Positions 38,938 to 47,971 of a stretch of DNA of 64,000 nt are shown here, in pieces. Where the stretch lies: the IMG/VR virus record IMGVR_UViG_3300028888_000002; one strand, given 5' to 3'. A model generated the notes under the pieces. It saw nothing but the letters and a program-made list of their open reading frames with translations, ran no database searches and had not been told where the DNA came from. The DNA is from a virus. Its lineage: Duplodnaviria > Caudoviricetes. The translations under genes and the position numbers were made by a program. Position 1 is the stretch's first letter; every line of letters starts with the position of its first letter.

Positions 38938-40014
38938 ATGAACCAACTTGAACAGCTTGAAGTTTATCTTAAACACCTGGGTCGTCCCTATGTGATTAAG
39001 AACGCTGACCCGAAAGCGTTCAACAAAATCCCCTATACCGACGAAAACGGCAAGGACAACGAAGTTGAATACACAAAGGTCGTCACGATTGACAGCCCCG
39101 AATCCGTAAAGGATTATTACCCGAAGATTGACCTGTGGTATATCCCGTCTTTGGATAAATTCGTAGAACACGGAAGTGCTACGGATGGTGAAACCAACGC
39201 ACTGCAAGCAGACACCGCAAGGGACATCCTGGACTATATCGGGTATGTCTATTGGGAAATGGAAGACCTGGGCGACCAACTTGACAACTCCACCAAAAAC
39301 ACCGAAAAACGTTTTAGCAATTCCAAAAAGGAAAGCAGTATGAAAACCTACGAATGCTCTATGCAGAAGAAAATTGAAAGCCTCGCCAAAAAGCGTTCCG
39401 AAAAGCGGACCGTGACGAAAAGCTACGACGTTTACAAATACGACGAACTTTCCGACGACGCAAAGGCAAAGGTCAAGGATTTGTTCTTGCAGTGGCGTGG
39501 CGAAGACGGTGACATTTTCAAGGAAGACTGCGAAAACAGCCTTGCAGAAATGTTCCCGAACTCCGATTTGAAAGTGCAGTATTCCTTGACCTACTCCCAG
39601 GGCGACGGCTTCAACACCTACGGCACCTTGAACATCAAGGACCTGCTCAACGCAGATTTAAGCAAATACCCGCTCAACGATTCGGGCATTACCGCACCTG
39701 CAAACAAGGACGCTATCCTTGCTGCTTGCGACAAGGCTGACGTTTACGACATTGACCTTGAAGAAAACCGTCGCTACGGCTATTCTTTGGCTGACCGCCT
39801 GGAAGTCGTCCCGAACAACGACGAAGACCTCACCGACGAAGACACCGCCCTGTTGAGCGACCTTGAAAACTTTGCCCGTGAAGTAATGGAAGCAATCAAT
39901 AGCAAGTTTGAAAAGAACGGCTATGACTACTTCTACGAAATGAGCGAAGAAGATGTCCGTGATATGGCAGACGCAAACGACTACGAATTTACCGAAGACG
40001 GTGAATTAGCCTAA
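38938..40014 (+). CDS. modular protein with C-terminal 'YxFDELSDxAK...SQGDG...YEFTEDG' domain
   Basis: Domain common in mobile-element leading regions; linker KKESSMKTYECSMQKKIESLAKKRSE. Confidence 0.7.
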   Translation: MNQLEQLEVYLKHLGRPYVIKNADPKAFNKIPYTDENGKDNEVEYTKVVTIDSPESVKDYYPKIDLWYIPSLDKFVEHGSATDGETNALQADTARDILDYIGYVYWEMEDLGDQLDNSTKNTEKRFSNSKKESSMKTYECSMQKKIESLAKKRSEKRTVTKSYDVYKYDELSDDAKAKVKDLFLQWRGEDGDIFKEDCENSLAEMFPNSDLKVQYSLTYSQGDGFNTYGTLNIKDLLNADLSKYPLNDSGITAPANKDAILAACDKADVYDIDLEENRRYGYSLADRLEVVPNNDEDLTDEDTALLSDLENFAREVMEAINSKFEKNGYDYFYEMSEEDVRDMADANDYEFTEDGELA

Positions 40015-40024
40015 CAGGTGAGAA

Positions 40025-41047
40025 ATGCCACACAAAGCGTTCCTTAAAAAGAAGTCACTTCTTGACAGGTTCAAGGACGACCACGAACGGACGGGCTTCA
40101 TACAGTCTGCCCGTGCGAAGCATACCTGGAACAATCCGCTTACCAGGCGTAAGCGGACAAAGGAACTCAACGGGTGGATTAAGTCGTTCGCAGGCAAGAA
40201 CCATATACGCAAGCTGTCCAGGTTCAACGCACAGCAAGCGGGGCGGTATGAATCCTTGCAGGTAGCTCACCCCGACGTGGAGTTTGACTGCCTGCGTTAT
40301 GCCGACACGCTTGAACTGCCGAACGGTGTATGCGTGAAAGTCTATCCGACAATCCGCTGCCCCCGCAGGTGTGCGTTTGTTTTCCGTGTAATGGGCTTCG
40401 GTGAAGTGGACCCCGACGTGAACAAGAATGCGGGAAAACTTAACTATGCCATACACGGGTATTACCCCGTATATGGTCTTGAACGCCAACCGTCCGAGGA
40501 ATTTGACATTTACTGCGACGACGTTAGCGAACTACAAAAATGGTCCAACTGCAACGGTTGGGGTATGGGTGTAGGTCCGTCGGCTTCTTCTATGGAAGTT
40601 GCCAGGGAAGTCGCAAAGGGCAAAGAAACTATGAAGAACGAAAAGGCTATACCCATAAACTTCAATCTGTGCTACACGTTTGACCTTGACGACGAACTTG
40701 CTAAAAAGTTTACCGACGGTGCCAAAGGCAATAACAAAATATCCGTCCAACAGAACGACGGATATACCGACGTTTTCTTTGATAAACTAGACGACCTCGT
40801 TGACTTCCTGGACGAAGTTGCAGTTGGGGCAGATAGTGACAAGGTTGACAATTCGTTCCGTTATGCAGTCTTGAATTGCAAACGCAGCAGGATTGACCCT
40901 GCCGACTTACAGCCGTGTGCCGACAAGTATGGCGTAAAAACAAAGATTGAAAAGTCTATGAACCAAAACGGTTTACCCGAATACGAAGTCACGCTATATA
41001 AGGACTTTGAAGACGTGTCCGCAACGCTTGTGGACTTTGGATTTTAA
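40025..41047 (+). CDS. modular protein with highly basic N-terminus (prohead-core-like)
   Basis: Basic first 75 aa ending RYES, followed by acidic domains. Confidence 0.55.
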   Translation: MPHKAFLKKKSLLDRFKDDHERTGFIQSARAKHTWNNPLTRRKRTKELNGWIKSFAGKNHIRKLSRFNAQQAGRYESLQVAHPDVEFDCLRYADTLELPNGVCVKVYPTIRCPRRCAFVFRVMGFGEVDPDVNKNAGKLNYAIHGYYPVYGLERQPSEEFDIYCDDVSELQKWSNCNGWGMGVGPSASSMEVAREVAKGKETMKNEKAIPINFNLCYTFDLDDELAKKFTDGAKGNNKISVQQNDGYTDVFFDKLDDLVDFLDEVAVGADSDKVDNSFRYAVLNCKRSRIDPADLQPCADKYGVKTKIEKSMNQNGLPEYEVTLYKDFEDVSATLVDFGF

Positions 41048-41059
41048 CGGAGGCTATCT

Positions 41060-42850
41060 ATGGCTAAAATTACTGTAAACAGAAAAGTTTTTAAGGGCTT
41101 TAGCTCCGAAAGCAAAAACGAAACAAAGTTTGACCCGTCGCAATATGACTATTTCAAGGCAAGCTACACGCTTGACGGCACCAACCGTGTAAAGAACACC
41201 AACGGTATCGTTGACGCACAGGGAACGCTTGAAATGGCACAGCGACACGGTGCAACCAACCTTAAATTGGTAGGTGTCAAGGACGGCACCGAAACCGATA
41301 TTCCGTTGAGCGACGTAGGTATTTCCGAAAGCAAGGACGAAGCTATGTCCTTGAAAGGTTTCCTTGAAACCCTGGAAGAAAAACTTGTAAAGCAGTTTGA
41401 CCTTGACGAAGAAGAAGTGAAGAATTACCTGGACACTCACACCCAGGAAATGCAGGAACTTTTGGACGACAAGGAATTGTCCCTCAAGGAAAAGGTGCTT
41501 TTCGTGCGTAGCGAAATCACGGGCGAAAAGGACGAAGCCAAAGAACCCGCAGAAGAAAAGTTGGGCTACGAAAAGGGACATAAAAACAGCAAAGGCGAAA
41601 ACGCTCCGTGGGTAATTCGCAGCCACGAAGACAACCGCATTCTTGCGTCGTTCGCAAAGAAAACAGACGCAGAGGAACATTTGAAGCGTATGAAACAGTA
41701 TAGCAAACAGGAAAGTATGTCCGCTGACGAACTTGACAAGTATATCAAGGACGTAAAGTCCTTGCTCAAATCCAAGTATGGTATGGACTTCAACGACAAG
41801 GACACCTGCCGTCTTAACGTCGGTTGGTTGGAAAAGTTGGACGCTATGTTCTACCAGGGCAAACCCGTTGAAGACGGTGCAAAGGAAGTCGCAGCATTCT
41901 GTGGCTACAACAAGAACGAATCCAAGCAGTCCGAAGCGAACGGACCTTTTGACGCACCTATCAAGGATTGGTATATGGGTGCATACAAGGAAGACGACCT
42001 GGGCGACAGGCTCAACGGAACGTTCAAGGGTGCCCTCCAAACCTTGATGCGTGGCGACGACATTTACGACTACATTGGTGTAGGCGACTCCCTTATTCGT
42101 GAACGCCTGTTTAGCAAACTTGCGGAAATGCTTGACGTTGACTACGACGAAATCTACAACGTGTGGCTTAACGAGGGTGCTGCAAGCAACGAACTGACTG
42201 CCAAAATTAACAAGATTGGCATAAAGCGAACAAGGACTATCCCGCCCACTATCAAGGACAAGGTGAACAAACTAGGTAGGGGCGTATTACCACCGAAAAT
42301 CGTAAAGGTTACGGGCGAATCCAAGAAATCCGAACGCCTGTTCAATAAAGCCGAAATGGAAAAAATCGCATTGTCCGAAGCGTCTAGCCTAGACAACTAT
42401 CGCAAAGACGTTATTTCCGAACTTGCGGTGTCGTTCCATTATGGTGAAGACGGGGCAACCAAACTAGCCAACAAATACAGTGATACTATAAACGACGCTT
42501 ACGTTGAAGGCGAATCGCTCCCGTATGAAACGGCAAGGCTAATCGCCCGTCAAGACGGAAACGGCTACGCCAACGAAAGCAAGAAACAGGAATCCCGTAA
42601 GTCCGAAGTTCGCCTGGAACTCATTGACACAATCGTGGTCCCGAAGTGGCTGTGGGAAGCATACAACTTCGGAAACGAATACGGTGAAGACCTGGACGAC
42701 CACGAACAGAACATTCTTTCGGAGTTCAAGGAAAAGTATGCCGATTGCCACCTTGACGACGAAGACGAAGAATCCTACTTCAGCAGCTATAACGACTTTG
42801 ACAGTTATGGCGGTCAGTGCTACACCGTAAAGGTGTATAAGGAAAAGTGA
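41060..42850 (+). CDS. polyprotein-like modular protein (about 7 small domains)
   Basis: Linkers SSESKNE, ISESKDE, KQES, NESKQSE, GESKKSE, NESKKQESRKSE separate recognisable small phage domains. Confidence 0.75.
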   Translation: MAKITVNRKVFKGFSSESKNETKFDPSQYDYFKASYTLDGTNRVKNTNGIVDAQGTLEMAQRHGATNLKLVGVKDGTETDIPLSDVGISESKDEAMSLKGFLETLEEKLVKQFDLDEEEVKNYLDTHTQEMQELLDDKELSLKEKVLFVRSEITGEKDEAKEPAEEKLGYEKGHKNSKGENAPWVIRSHEDNRILASFAKKTDAEEHLKRMKQYSKQESMSADELDKYIKDVKSLLKSKYGMDFNDKDTCRLNVGWLEKLDAMFYQGKPVEDGAKEVAAFCGYNKNESKQSEANGPFDAPIKDWYMGAYKEDDLGDRLNGTFKGALQTLMRGDDIYDYIGVGDSLIRERLFSKLAEMLDVDYDEIYNVWLNEGAASNELTAKINKIGIKRTRTIPPTIKDKVNKLGRGVLPPKIVKVTGESKKSERLFNKAEMEKIALSEASSLDNYRKDVISELAVSFHYGEDGATKLANKYSDTINDAYVEGESLPYETARLIARQDGNGYANESKKQESRKSEVRLELIDTIVVPKWLWEAYNFGNEYGEDLDDHEQNILSEFKEKYADCHLDDEDEESYFSSYNDFDSYGGQCYTVKVYKEK

Positions 42851-42873
42851 TTCTCTTGTTGAGAAGCATAGTG

Positions 42874-42903
42874 AGGCTCCCGTCCGAAAGGGCGGGTGCC
42901 TTT
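42874..42903 (+). terminator. intrinsic terminator
   Basis: GC stem with GAAA tetraloop and T-tail after the modular cluster. Confidence 0.7.
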
Positions 42904-42936
42904 GCTATTGACCGTTCACGGATAATTTGTTAGATT

Positions 42937-43359
42937 ATGGGTATGGAAAATCAGCCTGCTACCATTTCACAAAACGAGCTAGACCAAATAAAGTCCCGCC
43001 TAAACCGTAAAATGCTAAACATTACGGAGTATTCCATAGACGGTATGGAAGCCCTGTTGCATTCTATGGACGATATTGACAACGCTATCTTCGGGAAAGT
43101 GAACCTGGACGAAGCGTCGGTCCGTGAACTCATAGACCTGTCAAAGCAGCGTAACGAATCGTTTAGGGTTCGCCTGGACTTTATGAAAGCCCTATCGGGT
43201 CACACGGTAGATACTTCCAACGTGGAAGTTGAGAAGCCCGCAGAAAAGATTGACACGACGGTTATTTCCGAAGACGACGCAGAACGAATCAAGGCTGAAA
43301 TCCTAAAACGAAACGGCAACGCCCCGCCCAACGTGCAGGACGCAGTGATAGTCAAGTAA
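42937..43359 (+). CDS. hypothetical protein, candidate small terminase
   Basis: 140 aa helical; size and context only. Confidence 0.45.
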   Translation: MGMENQPATISQNELDQIKSRLNRKMLNITEYSIDGMEALLHSMDDIDNAIFGKVNLDEASVRELIDLSKQRNESFRVRLDFMKALSGHTVDTSNVEVEKPAEKIDTTVISEDDAERIKAEILKRNGNAPPNVQDAVIVK

Positions 43360-43379
43360 TAAAAATCGTAAGAAATTAT

Positions 43380-43422
43380 TTTAACAATACCTGTTGACAT
43401 TCAGCAGGTATTTTATTATATT
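43380..43422 (+). promoter_or_regulatory. sigma70-type promoter with inverted-repeat operator
   Basis: TTGACA-N17-TATATT; AATACCTG..CAGGTATT. Confidence 0.8.
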
Positions 43423-43453
43423 GTAGGTGTAACCACAACCGAGGATAGCCCCA

Positions 43454-44305
43454 ATGGAACTCAAAAGAACCTACATTCGCACAGACAAGAACGGCACAAA
43501 GCACTACGACGTGACATACCGCTGCGAGTGGTGCAGGGGCACGGGCATTCGCCCACAGTATATGCACGTTTTCGGGGGTGTATGCTTCTACTGTGACGGT
43601 TCGGGCTTCCATACCCGTGAAGTCAAGGAATACACGGAAGAATACGCAGCAAAGTTGGAAGCGAAGCGTAAGGCAAAGCAGGAAGCCAGGGAAGCCGAAG
43701 AACAAGCTATCCGTGATGCCTGGAACCCGCTTGATGAAGTCAAGAAGCAGGGCTTTGACGCAGTTATGGGCATTGTCGTGGACGCAAAGACGGGCAAGCC
43801 CGTGGAACGCCACGAAAAGGGCAGCAGTTGGCTCTATTTCACGGCAAAGTGCAAGAACATTTGGAACCTGTATTTCACGGACCTGGACAACCCCGTTATC
43901 GCAGAAGACAAGAACTACCAGGTCGTGCCGATGCCCTGGAACGAAGTGTTCGTCCCGAACTACACCGCTATGACATTGCAGTGGAACGAAAATATAATGC
44001 AGACGTTCCTGGACAACCACTACTACGGCTACCCGAAGTGCCCCAAAAGCGACGCTGTGGGCAAGGTTGGCGAACGCTTGACCGTTGATGCCACCATCAA
44101 GGAAATCAAGTCCTACGACACGTTCTACGGCACCAAATACTTCTACACGTTCCAGGACCGCAACTTCAACCTGCTCCGTTGGGAAACGAGCAAGGACCTG
44201 GAAATGGAAGTCGGGACCGCTGTAAAGCTGACGGGGACCGTCACGAAGCACGACTCCGACGGTTTCGGCTCTTACACCAACCTTAACCGCTGCAAGGTCG
44301 CATAA
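43454..44305 (+). CDS. DnaJ-type zinc finger + OB-fold-like protein
   Basis: CEWCRGTG, CFYCDGSG; C-terminal VGKVGER..GTVTKH..T.LNRC. Confidence 0.7.
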   Translation: MELKRTYIRTDKNGTKHYDVTYRCEWCRGTGIRPQYMHVFGGVCFYCDGSGFHTREVKEYTEEYAAKLEAKRKAKQEAREAEEQAIRDAWNPLDEVKKQGFDAVMGIVVDAKTGKPVERHEKGSSWLYFTAKCKNIWNLYFTDLDNPVIAEDKNYQVVPMPWNEVFVPNYTAMTLQWNENIMQTFLDNHYYGYPKCPKSDAVGKVGERLTVDATIKEIKSYDTFYGTKYFYTFQDRNFNLLRWETSKDLEMEVGTAVKLTGTVTKHDSDGFGSYTNLNRCKVA

Positions 44306-44338
44306 CATATTTGTAACAATATAGTAAGGAACAGAACA

Positions 44339-44659
44339 ATGAGAAGTCTTGAAGAATGTATCACAAAGTTGGCTTACAGCGGTTGCCCCTGGAAACCCGA
44401 AAATATCGCCAACGTCCAGGTCCATACAATATATGGTGGCGACTCCGAAGTTGACCCCGAAGATATGGGGTTCCACCCGAACGGGGGCTGCGGTTGCGTA
44501 ACCCTGGGCGACGAGGAAATTTTCGGAATCCGCTGCGACCACCTTATGTGGTTGACGGGGGACCACGAATACCTGGGTGACGGCAAGGACGGTGTTCTGC
44601 TGCTAGGGAACCACAAGGGGACGCTGTTTATCAAATACCTGTGCGAAGAAACCCCCTAA
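44339..44659 (+). CDS. hypothetical protein
   Basis: AAGGA RBS, 106 aa. Confidence 0.6.
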   Translation: MRSLEECITKLAYSGCPWKPENIANVQVHTIYGGDSEVDPEDMGFHPNGGCGCVTLGDEEIFGIRCDHLMWLTGDHEYLGDGKDGVLLLGNHKGTLFIKYLCEETP

Positions 44660-44704
44660 AGCCAAATTGGAGCCTAGTTGCTATATTACTCTTACACGTG
44701 ATTC

Positions 44705-44780
44705 GTCGGTGCTGCCGTCTAACGCATCAGTCCTAGCGGAAGACGGCAGTCACCGACACCTTGAAGTTTTATAGGACTGA
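44705..44780 (+). promoter_or_regulatory. leader hairpin/pseudoknot over RBS
   Basis: 16-bp stem 44705-44720/44741-44757; apical loop TCAGTCCTA (44727-35) complementary to TAGGACTGA (44772-80). Confidence 0.7.
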
Positions 44781-44785
44781 CCCCA

Positions 44786-45652
44786 ATGACCGAACCTACA
44801 ACCACGAACCGAACAACTAGAAAAGGTTACGACCCTACCGAAGAATGGCTATCAGTTGCAGAATCCCTTGAAGTTTACCTAGAAGAAGCAGCACAGCCAT
44901 CCGCCCGATACGAATACAAGCCCGACGGCATTAAGCGAATACCATTCACGAACAAGCAGTGGATTAGCTTCACGGGGACAGAAACACCCCCAGGTTCGGG
45001 TTTGGTGTGGCTGAAACCTGGGAACCATTACAGGGCAAAGGACAGGCTAATCCACGTAATACCCTACAAGTATTACAGGGGCTTTGAATGGCGAATTATT
45101 TGGTGTATGGTCCGTAACACCCTGCTTTGCAAGCAGTTAGCGTCCGTGTATGTCCGTCTTGAAGCCGTAAAGGACACAATCGCCTTCTACCTTAAAGACT
45201 ACACGGACTGCCCCCTAAACCTCATTGAGCGGGTATCAAGTGCAATCGGGTTTACGGCTATGACTATAATAGACTCCCATTCGGAATGCACAGCCGAAGA
45301 CCTGGCAGGCATTGAAAGCAAGTATGCGACTACAAGGGGAGCGGTTGACTATGAATGCCGTCAAGACCTGTGGAAAATGCTTAAAAACCACGGAATTGGG
45401 TCATTGAGAACCCGAAAGCAACAGGAAGCATTGATTGACAAGGTTCTAACCCTCCCGAAATTCGCCCATTTGAGCAACAACACGAAGACATCGCTTCTGT
45501 TTAGATTAAGGCGAAACCACCTGCTGAAACCCGACACCGACAAGATTAAAGACAGGGTTTCGGATATAAAACTGAAACAATTAAGCAATATACCGCTTAC
45601 AGCCTCGGACCGCCAATACGTCCACCGACACAAGGATTTATTCATTATTTAA
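44786..45652 (+). CDS. hypothetical basic protein, candidate replication initiator
   Basis: 288 aa; immediately upstream of repeat-rich non-coding region; function inferred. Confidence 0.5.
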   Translation: MTEPTTTNRTTRKGYDPTEEWLSVAESLEVYLEEAAQPSARYEYKPDGIKRIPFTNKQWISFTGTETPPGSGLVWLKPGNHYRAKDRLIHVIPYKYYRGFEWRIIWCMVRNTLLCKQLASVYVRLEAVKDTIAFYLKDYTDCPLNLIERVSSAIGFTAMTIIDSHSECTAEDLAGIESKYATTRGAVDYECRQDLWKMLKNHGIGSLRTRKQQEALIDKVLTLPKFAHLSNNTKTSLLFRLRRNHLLKPDTDKIKDRVSDIKLKQLSNIPLTASDRQYVHRHKDLFII

Positions 45653-45654
45653 GC

Positions 45655-46060
45655 TAGAATCCCCGAATAATTCGGGGATTACTTTGTATGCGAAAACGTG
45701 ACATTTTTTTATTCCGTATAGGATATAAGGCTACCATACCGAGAAAAAAAATGTCACGCTAGAATCCAGGATAAAAGCTGTGGGCACGAAATGTTCGCTT
45801 CGCTCACATTATCGTGCCTATCACGCCCTTACGGGCGTGATGGTAGAGAAGATTTGGATTTACAGGTCTTTAAGGCAGGTGAAGTTCCTGGCTCCGTGAA
45901 AGGTGAGCCAAAGGGGGGAGCAAAGCGACCCCCGACGTGAACCTTTCCGAGTAGGGAATATGGGTGGTGGTTTGGGTTGGGTGAAAATTGTGTGAAAATG
46001 AGTGTCAAGAGCGGGGAGTAGCAAAAGGACCGTATGCGTGAGTTTAAAAATGTTACTATG
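45655..46060. other. putative replication origin (non-coding, multiple inverted repeats)
   Basis: AATCCCCGAA palindrome, CGTGACATTTTTTT/AAAAAAATGTCACG IR, hairpins with TTCGCTTCGCTC and GAGCAAAGCGA loops, G/T-rich tract. Confidence 0.55.
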
Positions 46061-46147
46061 TAACAGATTATTTGTTATATTTCCCTACAAGAGCGACAGC
46101 CACGCATATAGCCCCGACCCTTACGGGGTAAAAGGAAGGTTACACTT

Positions 46148-47950
46148 ATGGCTGAAAGCGGACTTGCAGGATTAAGCACGGCAGACTTGTATAAGGCTGC
46201 TGCAATAGCCGAGGGCTATGAATCCGTCCCTGTTGACATTGAAACGTTCATTAACGACCCGTTCTACATTGGCGAAATCTACGGTGAGGGTCGTGTCTAT
46301 CCCTATTGGTTGGACAAGCTGAAAAAGCTGTTCCCGAACCCGCTTTACAGCCCGTTCATTGAAGTCTGCATTACGGGGTGTATCGGTGCGGGTAAGTCCA
46401 CGGTGTCCATTATCGGGGTCCTTTATGACCTGTATAGGGTGACGCTGCTGAAAGACCCGCACAAGAAATTCAAGCTAATACCGACCACGCCTATCGTGAT
46501 TACGCTCATTACCGCAACTATGGACCTGGCGGGTGCCGTCCTTGCGGACCAACTTATAGACGTTATTGGCTGCTCCCCGTATTTCCGTTCAAAGCTGCTT
46601 CCAGGCAAGGGCGACAAGATAGATGAAGAAATGTTTCCCCACCACGTAGGTATCGCCTACGGTTCCCGTATGCGTCACTCTTTGGGCAAGGCTGTCATTG
46701 GGGCTATCATTGACGAAGCGAACTTCCAAAACGCAGTAGCGGACCAGGCGGTGCAGAACTACAACAGCATCCGTCGTCGTATGTTTTCCCGTTTTATGAC
46801 TAAAGGCGGTGAAGTGCCCTGCCGTATGTGGGTCGTGTCGTCCCGAAACGAAAGCACGTCGTTCCTTGAAAGCCATATTGACGCAGAACGCAACAACCCG
46901 AAAGTCGCTATCTTTGAGCCTGCCATTTGGGAAGTCCAGGCACACAAGGGTATTTACAGCGGGGCGACCTTCCCCGTCTTTATCGGTTCCGACATTGAGC
47001 AGCCGAAAGTCATTACAAGCGACGCAGAACTTGACGACTACCAGGGTCGTGTTATCCAGGTCCCCGTTGAATACCGAAAGGACTTTGAGAACAATTTGCC
47101 TGGTGCCTTGCAGGATTTGGCGGGCGTGGCTACCCGTAACGGTGTGAACCTAATCTACAACGTGGAAGCCCTGGATAGGTCAATGTGCCTGGAAAACTGT
47201 ATGACTACGGACGAACTGCACTTGACCTTGAACGACAACGACCAAATCGCTGACTTCTACAAGGGGAACCTTCCGAAAGGCAAGTATTACGTCCATTTGG
47301 ACGGTGGCTTGCGTAGCGACCGTTTCGGCTTCGCTATGAGCCGTGTCACGGAGCAGATAACGGTCACGACCACTTCTGCCGTTAGCGGTGTGGAAGTGAG
47401 CAAGATTAGCCCCGCAGTAGAAACCCCGCTTGTGTTCGGTATCAAGGCGTTGCCAGGGTCCGAAGTCCCGTTTTGGAAGGTCCGTGTGTTCCTGGTTTAC
47501 CTGCGTAGCCAGGGCGTGAACATAGCCTTGATTACGTGCGACGGCTACCAATCTGCCGATATGATGCAGCTACTCACGAAGTTGGGATTTAACGTGAAAT
47601 ACGCTTCTGTGGATAAGACCAAAGACCCGTATTTGAAGTTGAGCAGCAACATTCTTTTGAGTTTGATTAAAATGGCGAAGTCCCGTATTTTGAGGACCGA
47701 ACTAATCAACCTGCAAAACCTACCGAAGAAGATAGACCACCCTGCTACAATCGTCGTGGACGGGAAGCAGGTTGCGGGTGGCAAGGATATTGCGGACGCT
47801 GTGGCTTCTAGTTCCTACGAAGCTATCTGTGCTTCTATGACCCTGGGTGCGTCGTCGCTGCTCCAAATGCAGCAGTCAAAGCCTACCCAAATGACTATGC
47901 ACCAACGCCAGGAATACGTTATGGAACACTTTTTTAAAATGAAAAGGTAG
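46148..47950 (+). CDS. terL: terminase large subunit
   Basis: YPYW, Walker A TGCIGAGKST, Walker B IIDEANF, nuclease YVHLDG, ITCDGYQS, KIDHP..KDIADAV. Confidence 0.92.
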   Translation: MAESGLAGLSTADLYKAAAIAEGYESVPVDIETFINDPFYIGEIYGEGRVYPYWLDKLKKLFPNPLYSPFIEVCITGCIGAGKSTVSIIGVLYDLYRVTLLKDPHKKFKLIPTTPIVITLITATMDLAGAVLADQLIDVIGCSPYFRSKLLPGKGDKIDEEMFPHHVGIAYGSRMRHSLGKAVIGAIIDEANFQNAVADQAVQNYNSIRRRMFSRFMTKGGEVPCRMWVVSSRNESTSFLESHIDAERNNPKVAIFEPAIWEVQAHKGIYSGATFPVFIGSDIEQPKVITSDAELDDYQGRVIQVPVEYRKDFENNLPGALQDLAGVATRNGVNLIYNVEALDRSMCLENCMTTDELHLTLNDNDQIADFYKGNLPKGKYYVHLDGGLRSDRFGFAMSRVTEQITVTTTSAVSGVEVSKISPAVETPLVFGIKALPGSEVPFWKVRVFLVYLRSQGVNIALITCDGYQSADMMQLLTKLGFNVKYASVDKTKDPYLKLSSNILLSLIKMAKSRILRTELINLQNLPKKIDHPATIVVDGKQVAGGKDIADAVASSSYEAICASMTLGASSLLQMQQSKPTQMTMHQRQEYVMEHFFKMKR

Positions 47951-47971
47951 CTATCGGTCTATATTACAAGT

